Counted from the first letter of the whole stretch, positions 23,601 to 38,154 are shown. The stretch: 63,923 nucleotides of DNA, filler included, from Octopus bimaculoides (GCF_001194135.2; 5 parts of 5 records of this genome joined end to end with filler, not necessarily neighbours in it), one strand, 5' to 3'. Program-made: numbers and translations. The notes: generated from the letters alone by a model not told the origin.

Positions 23601-24269
23601 TTCAAAAGATGAGGGTGATATCTTAGTAATGTGAAAGAATTACAATATACAGGATTGATAATCATAGAGCATGAACACTTGCTAATGATATGCATGAAAA
23701 TAAATTCACAAGATACAAATATGTACATGAAAATTCATATCCATTACGGTATATTTAAATATCTGTAATTGGGAAAATAATCGATATATGAACTGCTGAT
23801 TTCTGAACAGAATAGTTACCTCACGGAAAGACAGATGTTGTTATGAACGTGACAGGTATTTTCAAATACATTAAACTTAGATTCACAAATACCGTTCATA
23901 ATCTTAATAACATTACACAATATATACTGAATGTATGAATCTAAGGAATTAGATCAACGACAGACATGAATTTCCCGTCTTTTTGTTTTAAATCTTCCTA
24001 CGTGTAGAACAATATCCAAATAAAGAAAATATTTACTTACGCTCAGTGTTTACAATCATGTTGATATAAAAAGAAGCAAACAACATTGGAAACATACTGC
24101 TGTGAAATAAAGAGCTTCAACAGTTATGATCGTTTGAAAATACCATGAGGGCCCTTTTTTTATACTTTTCTATATGTTTGAAAATCTGAAGCTTAGCATA
24201 TTTGTATAATAATATAATCCATACAATAAATCATAAACCGAGTAATAATTTCTTCTTCATCAACAAAGT

Positions 24270-24311
<42 letters not shown>

Positions 24312-26134
24312 TATATATATAATTAAGAAGGAGAGAAACAAATTTCAAAGGTCAGTGTATATAGTGATTAAATCCATTTCAAATTATCGAAATTCTCCAT
24401 AGTATACAACATACATAGATGCGTTCACATATGTGAGATATGATGAAAATTTATTAGAATTTATAAACACATATATATACGAAGATTTATAAATATATAA
24501 AAATTTATAAATTTATAAAAATTCATAAACACATAAACATATAATCACATAAATACATAGATGTACCTACGATGTCCGAATGTCCGTATTAGAATCAATG
24601 AGGAGGGTAGATAAGAAAGTTAGTATAAAATAATTCATGAGGAATCCTATATAGGTGCAAAATCTTACGGCCGTGTCCAGTCGATATAGGCTGATATGGG
24701 CGACCTAACTCCAGCCATAGCAGTTATCTATACTTCGGTCATCAAAGGTAGGGGATTCAAAGAGTTAAACTTTTCAAAGATATTAGAGGTTTGAGAATTA
24801 AAAAAAAAAGACGAAAGTTTAGCCGAACCATAACGTTCACGCAGATGATATAATTAAAATTAAAATATATGTGACCGCATCTATGTATATTGTATGGCAC
24901 GAAGAATTTCAGTAATTTGAAATGCATTCGATAAATATATACACTAACCTTTGAAACTTGTTTCTCCTCTTCTTAAATTCATATTCCTGAAGTTCCAGTA
25001 GAGTGCTAATTGGTTCAGCCGTATAAAGAGGATAGCTATACCATTTATATCTTCATGATATATATATATATANNNNNNNNNNNNNNNNNNNNNNNNNNNN
25101 NNNNNNNNNNNNNNNNNNNNNNNNNNNNNNNNNNNNNNNNNNNNNNNNNNNNNNNNNNNNNNNNNNNNNNNNNNNNNNNNNNNNNNNNNNNNNNNNNNNN
25201 NNNNNNNNNNNNNNNNNNNNNNNNNNNNNNNNNNNNNNNNNNNNNNNNNNNNNNNNNNNNNNNNNNNNNNNNNNNNNNNNNNNNNNNNNNNNNNNNNNNN
25301 NNNNNNNNNNNNNNNNNNNNNNNNNNNNNNNNNNNNNNNNNNNNNNNNNNNNNNNNNNNNNNNNNNNNNNNNNNNNNNNNNNNNNNNNNNNNNNNNNNNN
25401 NNNNNNNNNNNNNNNNNNNNNNNNNNNNNNNNNNNNNNNNNNNNNNNNNNNNNNNNNNNNNNNNNNNNNNNNNNNNNNNNNNNNNNNNNNNNNNNNNNNN
25501 NNNNNNNNNNNNNNNNNNNNNNNNNNNNNNNNNNNNNNNNNNNNNNNNNNNNNNNNNNNNNNNNNNNNNNNNNNNNNNNNNNNNNNNNNNNNNNNNNNNN
25601 NNNNNNNNNNNNNNNNNNNNNNNNNNNNNNNNNNNNNNNNNNNNNNNNNNNNNNNNNNNNNNNNNNNNNNNNNNNNNNNNNNNNNNNNNNNNNNNNNNNN
25701 NNNNNNNNNNNNNNNNNNNNNNNNNNNNNNNNNNNNNNNNNNNNNNNNNNNNNNNNNNNNNNNNNNNNNNNNNNNNNNNNTATATATATATATATATATA
25801 TATTCACTAATGTATCTATAATGAGTACTGGAAGCAGCTGTAAGCCAAATTTGCTCCAATAAAGGAATAATATGTAATGACACTTACTTGTAACTTGTAT
25901 ATTATATATCACTCTGTGTAAAACCCAATTTGTCTGGAACACATCCCCGGACTTGCAATATAGAATTGTGATGAACCATAACTTTGCACCCTACCTAAAG
26001 ATTGCCTGGAGTTCTTCACTAACCCAAGTAGCATTTTTAGTGTGGTGTGCCAATAAAGAGCTTATGATGTATTTTGCCTGGATTGAAAAACCCTCACTAT
26101 TTTTTTGCTCTCTCTCTCTCTTTCTCTCTCACTC

Positions 26135-26170
<36 letters not shown>

Positions 26171-26214
26171 AAGAGAGAGAAAGAGAGAGTATATATAAAT
26201 CAGTGTATGTGTGT

Positions 26215-26560
26215 GTGTATATTGACTAAGGCATATATTTCCACAATACTCAACCGATTTTCACCACACTTTACGCAGTCATTACTTACGTTTCCACGGG
26301 TGGTCATGCACTATAACATTTTCCCAGAGATCGCGCGTAAGTGAACTACCCGGGAAAAACGGTGGTTTACAAAGTTTTTCTCTATTTCATTTCATGTAAT
26401 GTTTTTTGTATGTTGGGTCTTCCATACTTTTTAAAATCTATATGGCCATATTTTGGCATTAAAGAATAAGTGAAAACTGGGTATAAATTCGGGGACAACA
26501 AGAAAAATTTTGAAAATGAATTAGTGAAAAATGAACATAAGAGACTGATTACAGATATAC
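26215..26560. mobile_element. Possible non-autonomous Helitron-like/DNA element fragment
   Basis: ctcaaccgattttcaccacacttt motif after an AT/GT microsatellite resembles Helitron-associated interspersed elements; single copy here, so weak. Confidence 0.25.
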
Positions 26561-26923
26561 AATGCTATAGAAGCGATGGGGAACTGATACGAATTTGGGA
26601 GTTACAAATTTCCATCATAGGATGAGGAGATGACAAACAGAAATTCTTATACTGATGCACATAAAAAAGTGAGTGATAGACGTGTAAGCCCGTGTTAGAG
26701 CTTGAGGCATTTATAAGTGGAGGGAGAGGACAGAATGTGGAAACTACAATGATGGTGAATACTGCGCAGAGGAAAATTAGGGAATAAAAATAGTGTAAAT
26801 TAGAAAAGAAGACTCTTAGACAAAAGACAGGGGTAAAGGTACGGAAAATAGTGAAAGGAATAGGATAGAGTGTTGGTGCGAGTGTGTGTGTATGAATGTT
26901 CGTGTGTGTGTGTAAATGTGTGT

Positions 26924-26995
26924 GAGTGAGCGAGTGAGTGAGTGAGCGAGCGAGTGAGTGAGTGAGCGAGTGAGTGAGTGCGCGAGTGAGCGAAT
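26924..26995. repeat. (GAGT)/(GCGA) tetranucleotide array
   Basis: gtgagtgagcgagtgagtg... direct reading. Confidence 0.85.
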
Positions 26996-29239
26996 GGTTG
27001 AGTGATTGTGGTCGTTTTAACAATCTCAAGAGTTTGGAGCAGAGAAGTTGTACAACGGAGTTGTGAATCGAAGCATGAGCGGCGAGGAAGAAACGTGTAT
27101 TCGAGTACTTTTATAAGAAATGTTACGTGATATAATTCATCTGTGTGGATTTATATATCAGAAGATAACACTTAATCATAATTAGGAAACTAGTTAGTTA
27201 CTTAATATACTATATTTTATAGAATATACTAAGTTGCTCAAACATAAATGAAATAGTGACAATGTGAAAAAGTGTTAAGGCCAGGTATTTTGCTTTTAAC
27301 GTTCAGTTCCCTTGAGTTATATATGTTTATCTATATTCACGTATCATTAATTGTGTACGCAAATATATATACTTTTGTTTTTGTGTGTGTATATGTGTTA
27401 TATTTTGCATTAGATATACACTAATATTGATCTTGAACGAATATAAAAAGAAATCGCATTTTCCACTCAGCTTTGTTTTTTATATGTTCAACTGAAATTC
27501 AACAGCAGCAATATCTATCCTGCGTATAAAATTTCTCTTCAGTCTAGTATATACATACACAAATATTAGTAATACGTCTACCGTTATGCTCAATGCGCAA
27601 ATATATTAACTGTTTCACCACAGGAAGTTTGATGTCCATCGTTGTTAAATTAGGCATGCAAATATTTTATTTATGTGTGTGATATAATGTTCCATTGTTA
27701 ACAAGTTGATATATATATATATATATATGTGCACGCACATATACATGCAGATGCGCACACATGTATACATATATGTACATATATATCCTGATAGATATTA
27801 GGCTGCTGAATTTATGTTGACAGAAACAACTAAAAATATACTAACTGCTATAAAAAAAACTACCAGTGAACGATTTCACATGAAGGCACTTGTTTTGAGA
27901 ATCGCTTTATCTTTGTAATTATATCCCATAGGTCATTTTTATTTAAAACATTTTTCAGTCTGTCGGAATATGATATTCCTATCAATAATTACGATTTGAA
28001 AACTGGGATACATGCATCAGGTTTTCTTTATGATAGAATATATGGTTTTCGAGCTTATCAAACCTACTCTGCTATTTTATACTGTTTTATTTCCCGGTGA
28101 AATATACCGTTTTGGTGTGAATTATCTGGTTTGATTCATCTATTTCTATTTGCTGAAACACTGCACTTATTAGGTTGGGTTTCTGGAAGTATCTCAGTAC
28201 ATTTCAACTATCCACAGAATATTGTTACATGGACATATCATAAGTTATATGATTATGCATCCACAAGCAACACAATTAAAATGATAGCAACAAAAAATTC
28301 TTTTCATATATAAATAGATTCGACAGAACCATACGCTTTCTTCTTTTGAACTTCATTTTCATGTACAGCTCAGATAGAATATCTTCTTAAATAAGACAAT
28401 TAATCTCATCCCTACTAAAACAAAATGGTAAATTTATTGCTATACAAATCTCAAAATATACCTTTATTTTCATATTATTAAGCGTTTCATATTTACACAA
28501 TTTTAATCGTGTTTCTTTCTTAAATGCGTCTTAGCAATCATTGCTCGAATAAAGATGACTTTCCATTCATATTACACAACAAAAGGACAACAAAATGTAT
28601 TGCTGAGCATATAATGACGTTGAAGAGTATAAAGATTAATGTTATAGTTGAGAGAAAGTTAGGTGATATGGAGGACTAGAAACCATGTAAAAGTGTTAAC
28701 TATATGATGTTTATTTGCGCCGGGGGGTATCAAAATGCTCAATGCTCTGTGAACCCAATGGTATAGGAACACAGTAAACGCTGTAGACGTGACTTGCATA
28801 TCATAGAAACCAAGCGGTGAGGATCTTTGTGCCTGCTCTTAGTATGGGAGAGACTGTACTGCCACACAGGTTTGAATCGGGCCTTGGGCTCACTTCAGGC
28901 ATCTATGTGAATACCATTCACCCGTGGTAAGAGAGCGCAATAGTTTATGGCTAATAATAAGCAACAGGTGACCAAATTCTGTATATATATATGCCACATT
29001 GAACAACTTCAATCCCTTTTCTTTTATTTTCTGTTTTTTTCCTTCTTTGTCTTTGTCAGTAAATGTATTTCGGCTCTGAATAAGATATCATTGACCGCAG
29101 TTGTCCCCTATATTTTCAATTGATCACTCGATCGATTGATATAATTGAACCATGAACGTACAGAAATGCATATGTAAAACAGCGGTAAGCCCATCAGTTA
29201 AATGTATATAACCCATTATTTCTGTCTATTCTATATGCT

Positions 29240-29271
<32 letters not shown>

Positions 29272-29307
29272 NNNNNNNNNNNNNNNNNNNNNNNNNNNNN
29301 NNNNNNN

Positions 29308-29340
<33 letters not shown>

Positions 29341-31863
29341 AATATGCGCATGCCTATATATTTATGTGTGTGTGTGTACATGTGCGCCTGTGTAACGTAA
29401 AGACATACTAATCTATGTTATATACACTGTAAGCTTTAGTTTTTAGCTTAATACTTCGTGTATTCCCAAAAGAAATATTCTTTTATATAAAAGTGGTGAA
29501 CTTCGTTTTTTTTTTATTAGTTTTCATATCTGTTTAGAAAATTTCTGAACATACTAAAATTTATACAATGAGTTTTTGAAGCTGATTTACTAAGTGTAAT
29601 TCAGTATTTCAAAACGGTTTAATGGGTAATGAACAATAAGGAAAGAGTTCATGGACATAAAGGGACATATATCTATGCCAACTAACTAGACGGGTGATAC
29701 ACTGTTTTAATTAAAATTGGGATTTGTATTCATCACATTCTTCGACAAACATTTTGCCTGATGCACTTTTAAATTTTAAATCCATAGTACCACAGAATGA
29801 TCGCAATGTTTTTCGCATTCTCACAAATTCTCTTGACATTTTAGTTTCGTAACAGACGAGAAAGCAACATGTGAAGTAGTTTATCCGTTGCCGCGCCAAA
29901 TGACAACATAGGATTTAATTCATGGTAAAATGAAATTCGCTTTAATTATATTACTAACCATATTAACTTTAAGTAACCAAAAATGTGTAGGTTTCTAGAG
30001 AGAAATCAATATTATCTCGACGTATATGATGTTAAAAGCAAGCTCACAAAGCTGAGAAGATCATGAACAGCTGCTCGCTTTTCCTACTCGAATCTTTCTA
30101 CCTTTGCAAATATGCTAATAAAATTCACATAGAAAATTTTCTTTTACCAACACTTTTTCTTTACTTTTCCTCATTTGAATTGTTAGCTCAAATCCTTCGT
30201 TTTCTGATGTCATATTAATGAAAAGAAGAGCTAAAATTAAACATGAATTTTAAGTACTATACAAGTTTATTTTTCTTTCTTCCTTTGCGGCATAGATGGA
30301 ATTATTATAGAGGTACATTCTGTAACTTTTAAAGTATGCTGCATGGCTTCCTGCATAACTTTAATTAAAGAGAAAACAAAATGTTGGAATAATGGGAATA
30401 AATATAAACATAAATTGCTGATATTATAGCTAGTAAACATTCGGAACGGAATTAGTCTTTCTAACCTCTAAGTTAGAGCAAAGAAACCCTAGAATATCAG
30501 ATGTTATAAAAGCTGTTTAAAACATTATTTCAAGTAATTCTAATTTTAAGATAGTTATATAATTGGAGGGCAACATTACAAGCTATTGTTTGATCGTGCA
30601 ATATTTCGAAGAAGAATTTCTATAATTTTATGGGATTTCCTGTGGATTAGATCGTTATTCATTATATAATTTTGTCAAAATTATATATAGAAAAGTATAC
30701 ATAATATATATAAGTATACATGATATATATAAATATATATATATATATATANNNNNNNNNNNNNNNNNNNNNNNNNNNNNNNNNNNNNNNNNNNNNNNNN
30801 NNNNNNNNNNNNNNNNNNNNNNNNNNNNNNNNNNNNNNNNNNATATATGTGTGTGTGTGTGTGTGCGTGTGTGTGTGTGTGTGTGTGTGCGTGCGAGTGC
30901 GTGAACGTGTTAGCATGCGTGTGTACGTCTGTATGATTTACGTTCAAGTATATAATAGTCTGAAATGATATAATTACATTCAATATTCTTTTACGCTGTA
31001 ACATTTGGAATGTTTTTTTTTCCTACCATCGGGAAATATTCATGCGTCAGTGTTCCAGTTAAACTAGTCTCAATGATCTAATACCTCTTACTACTATCTG
31101 AAAATTATGATTAAATGTATCTGGTTCATTAGTATTAAAGTAGTACCTGGTATGAACATCTATATTGCATCGATGAAGTAAAAATCTAGTACGAAATTTT
31201 CAGCGAAATATAACGCCTAATAAGAAATCAAATTAATCCAGGAAAAATGTTACATTTATTTGAAAATTGATTTTATTGAGATGTTTCTAACCGGCTTTGT
31301 AAGTCCATGTCTGTTTAATCGTAGTATCAGCGGATTTTAATTCACAAGATGTTAATTCTAGAAATAAAATTCATCATATTTGGTAATAAATACGATCTGG
31401 AACGTGGAGCTTCATCAGAGTGAAGGAAAATCCATACATAAAAGAAAGAAAAAAAGAAGAAGAGCCTTGAGAGAAAGTTGAAAGGCTTAATATCTTTAAA
31501 TTATACCATTTTACTTATGTGCCGCTTTGGGACGATGAGCGACGCATAAGCAAAATAGTATGATTTAAATATTTAAAGCATTTCCTTTTCCTCTCGAAGC
31601 TCTTCTTTTCTTTTATGTATGTATTTTTCTTGACTCTAATGCAGCTCCATGTTCCACATCAGAATTTGTTACCAAATATGATGAATATTATTTGAAGAAT
31701 ATCAATAGCAATATAACATTGGAAGCATAAACAGCTGATAGATGGGATACAGTCTATTTTTATTGAATTACGAAGTAATAATTGATGTAAGTCAATTGTT
31801 GATCAATATTTCTCCATTTTCTGTTTACTTTATATATATGTATATATATATATATATATATAT

Positions 31864-31963
31864 NNNNNNNNNNNNNNNNNNNNNNNNNNNNNNNNNNNNN
31901 NNNNNNNTTAATTAATTAANNNNNNNNNNNNNNNNNNNNNNNNNNNNNNNNNNNNNNNNNNNN
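31864..31963. other. Artificial scaffold-join spacer
   Basis: N44-TTAATTAATTAA-N44. Confidence 0.9.
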
Positions 31964-31991
31964 TATTATTATTATTATCATTATTATTATT

Positions 31992-32056
<65 letters not shown>

Positions 32057-32081
32057 TATTATTATTATTATTATTATTGTT

Positions 32082-32113
<32 letters not shown>
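31964..32113. repeat. (ATT)n/(ATC)n compound microsatellite
   Basis: Direct reading. Confidence 0.95.
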
Positions 32114-32115
<2 letters not shown>

Positions 32116-32124
32116 TTATTGTTT

Positions 32125-32316
32125 AGGTGCGGAGCTGGCAGAATCGCTAGCACGCTGGACGAAATATCGCTACGTTCTGAGTTCAAATTCCGCTGAGGTC
32201 AACTGTGTTTTTCATCCTTTTGGAGTCGATAAAATACCAGTGAAATACTGCGGTCGATTGAATTGACTACTCCTCTCCCTCAAATTTCAGATCTCATGCC
32301 TTTAGTAGAAAGGATT
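32125..32316 (+). mobile_element. SINE group 3, full length, ATT tail
   Basis: gagctggcagaatcgctagcacg...ttctgagttcaaattccgctgagg...tagtagaaaggattattatt. Confidence 0.85.
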
Positions 32317-33140
32317 ATTATTATTATTATCATTATTATACGAAAACTCACAGCTTATTTTGCTGGGTATGATGGAAAGTGTCATCTGTCTACAACCAGC
32401 AGACTAAGCTTCCACTTGTTTACTGGTCATGCTTCAAGAACTCTGCGAAGAATTCTTGCAGTTCCAAGCAATGCTGATTTTTGCACCAATTTGTTTTTTC
32501 AGCCATGTTGGTAGTTGAGTGTTGATACTTCCAAGTGCATCAATTACTATTGGTATCACGTCTAATTTCTTTATTGTGGAGGCGCAATGGCTCAGTGGTT
32601 AGGGCAGTGGACTCGCGGTTGTAGGATCGCCGTTTCGATTCCCAGACCGCATGTTGTGAGTGCTTATTGAGCGAAAGCACCCAACGTTCCACGAGGTTCC
32701 GGCGCAGGAAGGGTGAACCCTGCTGTACTCTTTCACCACAATTTTCTCTCACTCTTTCTTCCTGTTTCTGTTGTGCCTGTATATCAAAGGGCCAGCCTTG
32801 TCACACTCTGTGTCACGCTGAATCTCCCCCGAGAACTACTTTAAGGGTATACGTGTCTGTGGAGTGCTCAGCCACATGCACGTTAATTTCACGTGCAGGC
32901 TGTTCTGATGATCGACTGGAACCCTCGTTGTGGTAACCACTCTCTTTATTGACCAGAACCTTCGTATTTCCCACTTCAAATCATCATAGTTGTTTATTTT
33001 TTCTTCTTCTTTCACATTGATCAGGCGCAAGCTATGTCGATCATCATGTTTGTTGTGTTTCTTTTTTATTCACTACAACAATGTCCGGTTTCCAGGTGGT
33101 CGATTACTATCATTACTTTTATTGCTTATCCCACAATTAC
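32317..33140 (-). mobile_element. R4/Dong-type LINE 3' end, interrupted by a SINE
   Basis: Minus strand: KPDIVVVNKK..MMIDIAC..KEEEKINNYDDLKWEIRRFWSIK | KLDVIPIVIDALGS...QKSALLGTARILRRVLEA*, then 3' UTR and (TAA)n tail. Confidence 0.85.
32577..32942 (+). mobile_element. SINE group 2, complete, with 9-bp TSD
   Basis: A box TGGCTCAGTGG, B box GTTTCGATTCC; TCTTTATTG duplicated at 32568-32576 and 32943-32951. Confidence 0.92.
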
Positions 33141-33635
33141 TACCGAGCCAAACTTTTTACACCCAGAGTCTGTAAGTGTTCGTTTTGATTGTTTTGTCTT
33201 ATTTAATTCTTTCCACGGTTTTGACTTAAATCTATGCAATATGCATTCAGTGATCTGATGTCATAACTCGTTCTATATTTCATATGTTTGTTAATCGGGA
33301 GGTTTTGTTTATGTATTAGTTGAATATTTGATTTTTAATCATTTCCATGGCGCCTATTTTCGATACGGATTGTCCCTGGTTATCTCGGTTTCAGTATCTT
33401 TCTTTTCGGAAATATTTCTCAATTTCCATTACAAATGCCTCCATTTCTTTTAACATAACATTACCATGACTTGTATTATCATTTATGACCATTATTATCA
33501 TTACGATTATTATCATTACTATTATTATAAGTAACAATAACTATGATATTTTGTTTCTAGTAGTTCAAAAATCATCAAAATTTCTTTCTCTCTCTCTCTC
33601 TCTGTATACACACACATATATATATNNNNNNNNNN

Positions 33636-33671
<36 letters not shown>

Positions 33672-34266
33672 TTTAGAAAATTCATATATTCTATCAATTT
33701 ACTATCATCATATTTTACAATCAGTTCCAGTATTCTCCTTTATCTTATGCTAGTTATATTTAATTCATTGGCGATGTTGCCGATGGAGATTTCGTAGACT
33801 TTGTGCAACTATGTATAGCATTGTTAATGTTTTAGCTGATATAAAATTTTCTACTATTTCACCTGGATTTCGGCGATTAGACAACGTTTCCAATTTCAAC
33901 ATTTCCTTGATTGCATATTCCCAACAGAAACGCTGAGTTGTTAAAGTTAATAAAAATATGGCGTCCTCGTTGTTGAGCTATAGAAATTTGACGACTGACG
34001 ACAGACGCCGAATCATGGCGCCTAATCTTTTCGCTGTAAGCAGACGATAATTTTAATACAGTTACAGTCCATTGCAAATTTGTCAATTTCTTGCTTGTAC
34101 AGCAATACACTAATAGAATCGATGACGAATCCATGTTATCGTGCGAATAGCAAGTTATAAATTGCATTTATAATAATTCCAGTCAGTTATTATTTGTAAT
34201 TATTAATAATAAATTATAACGTGCAGGCAAGGATTACCTTTCCTATAACAGAAAACAAAATATCTC

Positions 34267-34420
<154 letters not shown>

Positions 34421-34859
34421 GGGTAGAAGTGATGCACAAAAGCTTAAAAATCTAGTGGTGCAATGATCTCAGATTGGAAAGTCGATTACACGTTATATTT
34501 TAAGCTAAAATTCCCATCGGTTGCATGTCACTTATCAAATTCACTCATTGAGTTCAATTTCTCGTTTCTCAATTTCGTGATTGCTCCATGTAACACGTGT
34601 GCCTATGTTTGTATGTATGTGTTTATATGTATTGGAGCTACCTTGTGTGTGCGTGTATGTGTCTGTGTGTGTCTGTGTGTGTGTGTGTGCTTGCGTATGC
34701 ATTTGTATTTATAATTATGCGCCGTTAAACCATTCAAATAACAAATATATATATTGGTTCCGTTCAATCGATATCATGTAACCGTATTGGCGATGAATCT
34801 GAAATTCATGCATACATATGTTCATGCAAAGATGCATATACATATATACATATATACTT

Positions 34860-34900
<41 letters not shown>

Positions 34901-35889
34901 NNNNNNNNNNNNNNNNNNNNNNNNNNNNNNNNNNNNNNNNNNNNNNNNNNNNNNNNNNNNNNNNNNNNNNNNNNNNNNNNNNNNNNNNNNNNNNNNNNNN
35001 NNNNNNNNNNNNNNNNNNNNNNNNNNNNNNNNNNNNNNNNNNNNNNNNNNNNNNNNNNNNNNNNNNNNNNNNNNNNNNNNNNNNNNNNNNNNNNNNNNNN
35101 NNNNNNNNNNNNNNNNNNNNNNNNNNTATATATATATATATATCTATATATACACACACACATACATATACATATACATTAGATAGTTTGATATATAGAT
35201 ACATAGATGGATAGATAAATACATACATACACACATACATACATACATACATACATACATACATACATACATACATGGAGGGGCAGACACTCACATATAT
35301 GTGTTTTTGTCTGTGTATATAATATGTTGTGTGGGTGGATGCGAGTATGATTGTTGGGAGAAAGAGAATGCAAAACCTATTTACAAAATGGGAGATTTAT
35401 TGTATTTCTTTTCTTCTGTTACAAAATTAGAATTGAGTAGCCGCGCGACACGTCACGACACTTGGCCCTACTTAGATAGTTTACACCCATTAATTAAACA
35501 TGGGAGGTGGTCAATGTCAGACCGGTAATACAATGCTGTGGCTAGTTTCGAAAAACAATTAATGCTAGAGATCAATGCCAAACTATTAATGATGGACAAT
35601 AGTTAATATGAAAACATTTACGTCGGTGACTTGGCATTGGCAAATGATTAGTGATGTAGCGTTCTCGTAGATAGTCCATGATTAACGATGTCTCGATTAG
35701 AAGACTTTTCAGTTTAGAAGTTTCTCGAAGCAAATGTTGAAAAGCAGAGCTAATATCTATGTCAGTTAACTGTGAATAACAAACACATGTCTGCCGATTA
35801 GGTTAATATCCTCATCTATCTGAAAGGATATCTTTTTATTTCTATAGCAATGAAATTCGAGTTAATATTAGAAAGACGTTGTGAGGTTG

Positions 35890-36105
35890 CAAGATGCCAG
35901 AATCGTTACAGCACCGGGGGAAAATACTTAATAGTCTTTACTCTGTCTTCACATCCTGAGTTCACATTCCGCCGAGATTGACTTTGCCTTCCATCTTTTG
36001 GGGTCGATAAAAAAGATAACAGTTGAGCACTTTGTCTCGATGTAACCGACTTATCCTTTCTCTCGAAATTACTCACATTGTGCCAAAACTCGAGGCCCAT
36101 ATTTG
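35890..36105 (+). mobile_element. SINE group 3, diverged
   Basis: gccagaatcgttacagcacc...ctgagttcacattccgccgagattgactttgcc...ggggtcgataaaa. Confidence 0.7.
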
Positions 36106-36179
36106 AAAAACACTGCAAGGCTATACATGGCATAATCGTTACCTCACCTAATAAAATGGTTAGATAGCCTAATAAAATG

Positions 36180-36388
36180 GCAAGATAGAATAGTTAGCAC
36201 GCTGGACGAAATGCTTAGCGGCATTTCACCCGTCGCTACGTTCTGAGTTCAGATTCCACCGAGGTCGACTTTGTCTTTCAGACTTTCGGAATCGATAAAA
36301 TAAGTACCAGTTGGACACTTGGGTCGATGTAATCGATTCATCGCCACCTACCCCAAGCTGCCCTTGTGGGAAAAATTTGAAATAACTA
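36180..36388 (+). mobile_element. SINE group 3
   Basis: gttagcacgctggacgaaatgcttagcggc...gttctgagttcagattccaccgaggtcgacttt...gataaaataagtaccag. Confidence 0.8.
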
Positions 36389-36417
36389 TTTCTGTAGTCT
36401 CTATTTTACCTACGAGA

Positions 36418-36737
36418 AGGCGCTGTAGTTTAGTGCTTACAATATTTGGCTCACGATCGCAAGGAAGTGAGCTCGATTCGAGGCGGTGCATTTTGTCCTT
36501 GAGCAAGACACTTTATTCCACATTGCTCCCGTCCACTCAGCTGGAAAAATTAGTCGTACTTGTAATTCAAAGGGCCAGCCTTGTCACATTCTATGTCACA
36601 TTAAACCTCCCTGAGAACTACGTGAAGCGTACCCGTGTCTACGGTTAGGTCAGCCACTTGCACGTTAATGTCATGAGCAGTCTGTTCCTTTGATCGGATC
36701 AACTAGAATCTTTATCGTCGTAACCGACGGAGTACCA
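36418..36737 (+). mobile_element. SINE with a different tRNA head and CORE-like segment but the group 2 tail
   Basis: Head unlike 32577; gtccttgagcaagacacttta is CORE-like; from tcaaagggccagccttgtcac onward it aligns with about 32784-32940. Confidence 0.8.
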
Positions 36738-38154
36738 GTTGGCTTGCTCCACTGGATAATATAATCAGGGTAGTGACTGATATATAAAACAGTCTGGGTG
36801 GACCGATTCTGAGAACTATATTTCCATTCTTGGAACTGAATATTGTCTCTACGTGTTGAGACTAATTAGTTTAGAGCAAATACAATTCTATGTGGTTGTA
36901 TAGAACTATCTACGAGAAGTCTTCCATGTTGGAGCCATTACAGCCATCCAATCATTATACAGCAATTGTGTATGAGTTTTGTCTATTGTAACTCAATTTG
37001 TAAAATGAAAAACATATTTTATCAGATATACTTCGCGTTTGTGACTCGGGTAACGAAAGAAAGGCTGCATTCGTCGTAAAGTCTTCGAGTTGAGTATGAA
37101 CGAATATATGTTACGCGTTTGCGATGATAATTGCTAATCAAATAGACTTGGAATACTGTAATGAGAAATCACGATATAGGCACAAAATCCCTCTGGTAAG
37201 CCGGAGAATGAAATATTACAATAAATATTCGATAGTTGAATCATTATAATTACTCAGATATTTCTCACAGTAAAACATTCAAAATATCCTTGACAAAATC
37301 ATCAATATTTCAACAAATTGCTACACACATACATACACACACGTTTTCAATAAATGATTTCATTTCATTATTTTTCTTTCTTTTTGAAGTGTTATACTTG
37401 ACAATTTTGAACAAGAGAATTTTCAGAGGACAGCGAAGCCAAGCAAACAGCGTTACTTTAATAGGTTAAACGACACTTGGCTTAAAAGGTTAAAGAACAG
37501 CATATATCTTAATGAGGCGTTGATGGTAAGGTTTGTTAATCAGACGATCAAGATGTTAGATTAATGCCCACGGCCAATTACTAAAAATCATAAACTTTAT
37601 GAAAAATGATAATTTTGATTAATGTTCCAAACAGTAGAAAATACTTGATAAATTACTCTCGGCATCAGACAAGCTACGGGCTTCTTTCATTACAATAGTT
37701 TGCCTTCAGCGTGAGAATAAAACATACAAAAATACACCACGTCCATACAAATATAATTGACATAGTAGTGATGTGCTCTAAAGACTTAATTGCTTAGAAT
37801 GAGCGATTATCATTATACAACGTGTAGAAAAAAACAGAATAAAAAAAAGAATAATCGATAACAATCAATAGACAGGAAAAATCTAATTAGACTTGGAATT
37901 TCTTCTTGAATATTCTGCCATTAAATGCAAATATGAGAGCGAAAAATTAACAACAAAAAGAAGCAGACGAAAGAGAAAAAACAAAGAAAACAAAGAAATA
38001 CAGAGAGGCCAACCACAAAGCTACAAGGAATGTAAGCGAAACAATATAGAAACGATATTACAATTACTTCGGCTCTTAATTGTTCATTGTACAAGATCAC
38101 TTTCAATCTAATACAATGACTTATGTTCTCCTGTTTCGCTTTTATCCGCAACGG

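Noticed and set aside
28715-28960. GC-richer island as a possible exon
   Set aside because: Stops in all frames I checked and no convincing splice pair; possibly an old repeat, but unsupported.
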